A stretch of 64,000 nt of DNA from Phoronis australis (taxonomy: Eukaryota; Animalia; Phoronida), in assembly GCA_002633005.1 (NCBI GenBank), contig NMRA01000444.1, forward strand, positions 265,538-329,537. The letters run 5' to 3'. The translations under genes were made by a program, and so were the position numbers. Shown here one piece after another: positions 56,571 to 64,000 of this stretch. Every line of letters begins with the position of its first letter. Position 1 is the first letter of the stretch. Below the pieces are notes generated by a model. It worked only from the letters and a program-made list of their open reading frames with translations, was not told the DNA's origin and did not search any database.

Positions 56571-58313
56571 CTTGGTTGTGTTTTTCATATTTTTTTCATG
56601 CTAGAATAGACAATCGACATTTTTTTGCTCAGGGTGCAAATCTAGATTTTTTATGTTATGCAATTATGTTGACAGAATTCCTTCACCTCTGGCAGATATT
56701 TGTATGATGATCTTGTTTTAGCACTGGTACTTATGACATTTACGCATTTTAAAGTACGAAAAAAAAAAATTATGGCCAGAGTAATCCTTAATATAGCTGA
56801 ACATAGCCAGAACTCCATTGTTATTTTGTTTCACTGAAACATTGCATGTTTTTGATACACGTGGCATTTAATTAAGTCACACATTTAATTGAAATTTAAT
56901 GTTTTTTCGTGATCTTAACATGTATTTCTTGGTTTTCTTCAGGTGATTGCAGGGATCTGAAATGTCAAACACATTAAGTTTCAGACACACTTGCACAATG
57001 ATATCAATCTTATGCAAAAACACTAAATTTGCATGTGCTCTTTCTCTTACACCAATGGCTGAAAAAGAAGCTGTGTTTTTTAATGTTTGATGGTATATAG
57101 AATTTGATTTAACCACATATTTGTACCAGATGTCCTGGTGATAATATTCCTCAACCAAATAATATCACTGTCACCTAAATGAAGCTGTGTATTCTCCATA
57201 GCCCTGTCTGAATTCCATTAAATTCTTCCATAAATAAAAGAAATTTGATACTGCACATTGGGAATCTTGAAGATATCTTTGGCCCACAAAAATATTAGAC
57301 CTATTCCTGGTTTTGAATTGATCATAAGCAAAAATGTCTTTCGTATTCTCCGTAGCCCCTGTATTCTCCGTAGCGCCCAACTTTGAATTGTTAGTTACAT
57401 GGTTTGAAAAAACTTGTATCTAGGTGCATTTACTGTATGGCGACAAATAAACTCCCCTACACAAGACAAATTACAAATTTTTATTTATGGGTGGGATTTG
57501 AGGCAAGTTTAGCTAAAATTACTTTTTCAGTTTAAGCCCATTATTAATAAAATACGAATGTTCTTTGGTCATTCAGAAGTGTTGTTATTAGCAAGTAAAT
57601 GAACTGTATTGCATTTGCTCAAGTATTCATCCACTTATAAACAGGTATCTGCATATTTTGTATTCTCCGTAGCCCCATTTATGACCTCTGCGCTATATGA
57701 GACTTATGCATATAATGTTTACTGATGATGAAACATGTTTTCCTATATTTCTTTGATGGTAGTTAATGGAATGAGGCATTCCTTTTGACAGTGATGTGAC
57801 TGATAATAGTAAGTGCTGAGTATGTCTAAAGATTAATTACAGTCGCTGTGTTTTATTTGTATATTCACACCTTGTGAAGCATACACAGGTGTGAACCTAT
57901 TTTTTATATTGATGTTCAGTGATTAAGTACATGAGTTACCAATAATAAACTTTCTTGTTCCTAAGCCACATTTAAGTCTGGGATTTGCTGATTTTGCTAC
58001 AAACATTTTTTAAATTCATCGTCAAAATATATTTTGCCATCCGATTTAAGACTAGGGTTGCATTGGATCATGGGAGCTTATTTCGATCTTGTAAAACATG
58101 GCTGCAGTATCCACCATAAGTAAAGAATAACCACTATCATCAAGTAAATAACTCACCAGGGATGGTTCTTTAAATCACCTTAGTAACCTATGGCTATAAC
58201 CAGTGTCGATGCACCGTCAGTTGTGAGTACACTGATGCTATAATAGTGTAGTAGGGTTAAAGGTCAGAAAGAAAATGACTGATTTACATTGCTTTTTGTT
58301 TCAGGGTGCTACC

Positions 58314-61300
58314 ATGGGAAACGGTGAAGCGAAACTGGCCACCACTGATGAGGGTGTTATTCCTCAGTTGCAGGGAGCTCTTGATGCTTTAGAGCAGTTG
58401 CAGAGGAGTAATTCAATGCCTCATGCTCAGATCCTGTCTAGTCAACCGGCTCATGGTTCTTTAATAGGGGACATACCAAAACCTAGTGTAGACCAACAAG
58501 GGTTTGGTGCTTCAGACAGAGTAGGTAGAAGCCAGTATGGTGAATATTCTGGTTCTGTTCGCAGTGGAACGAGCTATGAACAGCCCTTGTTGTTTACAAG
58601 TGGGTATTCACAAAGTGGCAGCAGAGAGGTGGCGCCTGGCAGTAGTCACCACCGGTATGAACAGCCTTATCCTCAGGTGCACCGTGGTGAGTCAACTCTT
58701 CCTGCACTCTCCAAGTCAATCTTGAAAAACAAAAATCAAACGTCATTGAGTCCCCAGGATAGTGCAGATAAGATAGAGCAGAGACAAGATGATCATACTG
58801 CTGACAGTATTGCCGATAACTTTTCAGAGTGGATACGATCAAACAAGGGGTTTGATGTGATGAAAGAGGGGGTTGCCACGTACAAGCAATCAATTGAGGC
58901 CAAGAAAAACTCTGATGGGTCGTGCATGCAAAGTGAATATAACCTCTTCATGAAGGGTATTGGTAAGTCAGTCAGTCATATTCAGCAGCAATTACCATCA
59001 ACTGGCCGAGAGCTGTCTGAGAATTCAGCAATGGCACAGTGGCTAGAACAACATTATTCCACCAGGGGTCAAGTCCATGTCAATCAAGCGACTGCAGGAG
59101 TTCAAGGGACAAATTCATTTGATAGTCCTGTGATGGCTGCAGGGCTAGCTCAACAGTATCAAGAGCATTTGAAGAAAAATGAGGTGCTTTTGAGGTCTGC
59201 AGACATCCAGCATCAACCTACAAGTCAGCTGGCACAGCCCGCCCCATATGTGTCTGAGTCTGTTGAACCATATGTGTCTAGGTCTGCCTTTGCTGCCACA
59301 GCTAGTACACCAGGGTTCAATCCATTGGTACCTTATCATGTGAGAAGCAATGAAGAGTCATACAGCTCACATTGTGTTAGCGTTTCCATGCAACGTGTCA
59401 GTCGCTGGATTGATGGACAGTCAGGTTTGGACTATTCCACCAAAAGTGGTGACAAGACACTGAGTAGAAGTAGGAGCAGAGATAGGTCACGCAACCGCTG
59501 GAGTCGAAGTCGCAGTCGAAGCAGACCATATAGAAATGGTAGCAGAAGCTCAGGAAGAACACCTGCGCACAGTAGAGGGCGCTACCAAAGCAGCAGCAGC
59601 AGCAGCAGCAGTACTGGTAGTATTAGTAGAAGCAGCGGCAGAAGCAGCTCAAGTTCAAGTAGAAGTAGGCTGAGTGGCAGCGGTGGCACAAGAAGTAGGA
59701 ATCATGTTGTACGAAGAAGGAGTCATGATAGAGGACGTAGGAGTCATGCTAGAGGAGATAGGAATCATGTTGTACGAAGTAGGAGTCGTGAAAGAGGAGA
59801 TAGGAATCGTAAAAGAGGAGATAGGAGTCGTGAAAGAGGAAATAGGAGTCGTGAAAGAGGAAATAGGAGTCGTGACATACGAAGTAGGAATCGTGATGGA
59901 GGAAACAGGAGTCATGATATACGAAGTAAGAGTCGTGATAGAGGAGATAGGAGTCGTGATATACGAAGTAGGAATCGTGATGGAAGATACAGGAGTCATG
60001 ATATACGAAGTAAGAGTTGTGAAAGAGGAGATAGGAGTCATGATATACGAAGTAGGAATCGTGATAGAGGAGATAGGAGTCGTGATAGACGAAGTTATGA
60101 TGGAAGTCATAGCGGAATTCGTGATCGGAGACAAGGAGGTAAGGATAGAGAAATGCAGGTTTATAAGAAACACACAGGGAACAATCTAGAAGACGATTAT
60201 ATTGTGGATGAGCAGGAGAGTAAGTGTCGAGCTGCAAAAGGCCTTCCAATTCAGTTTGATAGTAAACTGTTAAGGAGTGCTGATGAACAAGAGTACTCAA
60301 GCACAATACATGATGAGCGAGACAGAAGAAAGATGGAGGAGGTCATCCGCAATAGCTCTGCTGAGGAGCGACAAGCGCATATGCCAGGTCCGTGGACCTT
60401 GATTGGTGAAAAAGATGTGCTGTTGACCAGAGAGGAGGTGAGTTTGGAGTTGGTTGTAATGAAGAACATGCAAGGATGTGTCTGCTGTGCAAGTCTTTAT
60501 CCAGGATTTCGAAAATAGGGTGTCCAAAATGGGGTTCCCAATATTTCAGGGCGTCCATGATTCCAACGGCGCATTACCCCCACTCCCCACCACCATTCAC
60601 AGAGAGGTTTTTTACAAAAAACACATTGAACAAGGCTTTTACATCTAAGTTTACAAAAACAGCTCTCGTGTGGTGAGCTTTTTACTAAAAAATTGTTTGG
60701 ATCAAGACTTTCACATCTAAATTTACAGAAACAGCCAAATAGCTTACCAAACAGGTATTACAGATATTACAGACCATTGAGTGCAATGATGTTGGTGATC
60801 TCAAGTCAAATTGCCCTTATAAAGTTTGTTGTATCATCTTAACTAGCTTTATATTCTGGACAATGAATCATCAAAGCTGCAGTTACCAAGACAAGAAAAA
60901 TGCATAAATGATGCCTGGTTTATATTTTGGCAACAGGTGTCACTACTGCTCCACATTAAGACGCACACAGAAAAGCATGAAACGGCACAAACTCAAACAT
61001 TTTAAATGGGCATATTTTTGTGGCACATCATATTATTAAAATAATGACATTTATTTTGCTTTTGATGTTTTTTAAAAATATGAAAAATATTTAACTACAG
61101 CTCTGAAACACCAGTTTGGAGTTAACCAAGGTCTCTGTCCCTGTGCTAATGATTGACAGGTCTACCAAATACTTTGAAAAGAGTTTGAACATTGCAACAT
61201 TTTATACAACACATGCACTCACCCAGCGTTTTGGTAACAAAATAGCCGGCGGACTAAAAAAAAAAAAATGGGCGCAATCCCTAGTTGTGAACCTTTTGGT

Positions 61301-63113
61301 TACAAAATAGCCGTCGGACCACTGTGAATTGCGCATTTGTGCTTGTTTAGTGTGGACGTTTTGTTTCTCACAGGTGGACCTTTTTGCTCACTTTGCCCCC
61401 CCCCACGCAACAGTATCAGCCTTGAATGGCCAATGCAACAATGTAATAGCCCATTTAGTTATTTAGTGAAATAACATTTTTGCGAGAATCGAGACCATTC
61501 TCGAACCCGGTCCGCAAGAATTTCGAGTTGTCGACATTACCACTACACCACTCAGCGGCTGACATCATCGAACGTGAAAATAGAATACTTAAATGAGCGC
61601 GCGCAACAATCGCATGTTCAGCAAAGGGCATTGTACCAACATTTATACGCTATGAAAAATAAGACGCATAATTTCCATAAAAATGACTTTAGTGAAAGTG
61701 ATCTCTCATTATCTCTCACTTGTAAATCACTGATCTTCAATTTGAATGCGGATATCATGTCATCAGGATCCTTTGACTTGAGCATTATACTCAGTTACCA
61801 GTGATGACCTACTTTAGCAGACAATATTTTCTCGGTCGAAGCTTAACGTGATAAATTGTGTAGCAAGCTATAATAGTTGCTAAGCCTTAATTTATAAATT
61901 CACTTTCTTTCCATGTAATGTTTCTCATTTAGTATGTGGTATAAATAAATTATTAAATGTTCTCAGTCGTTACCCCCTTATCTAGAGTCCTCATGGATTT
62001 TGGAGAATTATCTAAAATCCACTTGGGGTCTAGAATACGGGGATAACACGACTTAGAACATGTAATAATCTATATTTATATAGGTATACATTGCATATTT
62101 CTTTCTGAGTTGAAAGGGCCAACTTCTCTCTTTCATTTACTAAAAGTTCTACGTAGTAATCTTACAATGTGTGTGTCCAAACCGGTGAAATTCTGATTGA
62201 CAGGGCGTCCAAATGATGCATTGGGCGTCCTTGCCAGGGCGGCCAGATTAGTGCTAGGGCATTCATTTGGACGTCCAAATGGACGCCCAGGACGTACGCT
62301 GCATGAAGGCCTGCTGCTATGACACATTTGATGCAGGTATTTTTGTCTGCGATGAGGAAGCTACAGATGTTTCAAGTAATTTATTAGTCCTAATGTCCTT
62401 ATGATTTGATGCACTCTGTGTCTTCTTAGTAAACTCTTAGTCAACCAAATGGTTAAGACACACGCTTTTTTGATTGAATATGCATGGTTGCAGGTTGATC
62501 ATTGAAAATGTAGCACTACTGGATTTAAAGTGCGGCGACTTTGTTTGTGATCTAATGGAATACAGGGAATAATGCTGGACTGTTTTAACCAATCATTTGG
62601 CTTTTACTGAAGAACTTGTCTCACGCGTTACTTTGCACCCTTTAACTCAAATGCATCTCAAACAATTGTCTGAGTTTTCTGTGATCTACTGTGATTGTAG
62701 GTGGTAAGGACACATATAGTTGGCCTCTTGCTTCATTTTTGTAAAATGTGGCATGCTGTGAAGTTGTAAACTAACGGGTGGTTGCTTTGTTGGGATATTT
62801 CAGAAATTTCGGAAATTTGGTGCAAGGAATGGCTTGTCGAATGAAGAAATAGGTTTGTAAAACCCCATTTTTTCTCAACTGTAATACTGTATTATGTACG
62901 TTTTGAATTTAATAATTTATTGAACTCTCTTCTCAAAATAAACACTGCTTCTTATAATTTGAGACTGCTTCCATTTGTCCCCCTGAGAATTTACAAAACT
63001 TTCCTAGAAACAGTTCTCGTAGCATTAGTAGGGGGCTGAACATATTTTACTTGATTCTGCTTTCCAGAACTGAAAGCCAAGAAGTTTGATGTGAACCTCA
63101 CGCCAGAAGAAAG
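58314..63113 (+). CDS. Uncharacterised protein with long Arg/Ser/Asp-rich repeat region (3'-partial)
   Basis: Acceptor tttgtttcag| at 58304, ACCATGG Kozak ATG at 58314, open frame to the GAG|GTGAGT donor at 60437. Phase-compatible downstream exons 62804-62852 (KFRKFGARNGLSNEEI) and 63068-63113 (ELKAKKFDVNLTPEER). No stop reached in the window and no domain recognised. Confidence 0.7.
61490..61560 (-). pseudogene. tRNA-like sequence (pseudo-tRNA or SINE head)
   Basis: Minus strand has an A-box-like TGGTGTAGTGG and a B-box-like GGTTCGAGA at tRNA-like spacing, but the acceptor and anticodon stems do not pair well. Confidence 0.4.
61949..62069. other. ~120-nt imperfect palindrome
   Basis: ATGTTCT.AGTCGT..CCCC..TCTAGA..TGGATTTT pairs with AAAATCCA..TCTAGA..GGGG..ACGACT.AGAACAT. 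Confidence 0.7.
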
Positions 63114-63262
63114 GTTTGTTTTCACAATTATAAACTCTGTAGCTGAATGTTAATCAGTGTGTCCGCATGCAAGCTGTGTGGAAACTGCACTCTTCTCTAT
63201 TATTAGCGTGTTTGTAGTTTAGATGCAGCTTTCACTAGAGACAATATGTATTTTGTGTTTAG

Positions 63263-63392
63263 AGCTGCTATATACCCACAATCCTTCACAAAGTTGCTAT
63301 ATACCCACAATCTTTCACAAAGCTGCTATATACCAACAATCCTTCACAAAGCTGCTATATATCCACAAGCCCTCACAAAGCTGCTATATACC
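63263..63392. repeat. ~29-bp minisatellite x4
   Basis: AGCTGCTATATACCCACAATCCTTCACAA-like units. Confidence 0.85.
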
Positions 63393-64000
63393 AGCAAAAG
63401 GTACTATATCAGTGTTCTCCACGGCCTGTTTTAACTCGACGCTGCAACGAGTTTAGATTTTGCTGCGTCGAGTTTGGAAAATGTGCGTCGAGTTTAGAAA
63501 GTGCTGCGTGCTGCGTCAGGTTTGAACTTTTGTCCTGGCTTGGTATTTCAGCCCTCAACCCTAAAGCAGTGCCTAATTAACCAACATCAAGCCCAATACA
63601 GAACTTTAGAGGCAGTCAACACTATATGTATAACTTCGTAAGACACTACAAAAGTTTAAATTATTATTAACAAAATCTGCAAAAAACTTTAAATAACAAA
63701 CATTTCATGGAGTCACCTAGCTTGCTTAATTGAATGACTAATTTACTTTGTCATTCTAACTTTAAAATTTTGCAAGTCAACCTATAAAAAAGCAATTTAA
63801 TTTGCTTAATAAAGACAATTTTGATTTTGACTGACATCTAGTGGCAGGTTAGAACTTCATGAGCTTATTAAACTTGACAACAGGTGTCACTAAAAACTAG
63901 GTCACATCAGAACTCATGTTAGTAGTACTTAATATGTCTAATTGATATTAAAATCGGCATTGGTATTATTAAAGGAACTTTTGATCTTTTGTTTGCTGCT

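Noticed and set aside
59655-60306. Overlapping alternative-frame and antisense ORFs across the RS tract
   Set aside because: Expected when a stop-free unit with length a multiple of 3 is tandemly repeated. No independent coding evidence.
61490-61560. Functional tRNA gene
   Set aside because: No convincing cloverleaf. Kept only as a tRNA-like relic.

Overview
Intron-rich, AT-rich nuclear DNA from an animal, most likely a non-vertebrate. This is inferred from gene content, GT-AG introns and repeat types, and the species cannot be determined. I reconstructed four protein-coding genes by hand. (1) An ABHD11-like alpha/beta hydrolase (+, first exon off-window, stop at 3791). (2) A BICD-like cargo adaptor, BICDL1/CCDC64-like (-, 11 coding exons, 16099->5097). 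(3) A complete Citron Rho-interacting kinase, CIT (+, 43 coding exons, 21501-51698), divergent from the BICDL gene. (4) An unidentified gene with a ~2.1 kb Arg/Ser-rich exon (+, from ~58305, continuing beyond 63113). Introns carry several non-autonomous DNA transposons with readable TIRs and TSDs, microsatellites and minisatellites. There are no prokaryotic features, and I cannot claim a wholly new biological system. The strongest leads are: repeated tandem duplications straddling CIT splice junctions, a very young 900-bp element with 272-bp TIRs and a 9-bp TSD, apparent deep CIT-BICDL microsynteny, a duplicated coiled-coil exon pair, and candidate alternative exons in both BICDL and CIT. Coordinates were counted manually and may be off by a few bases.
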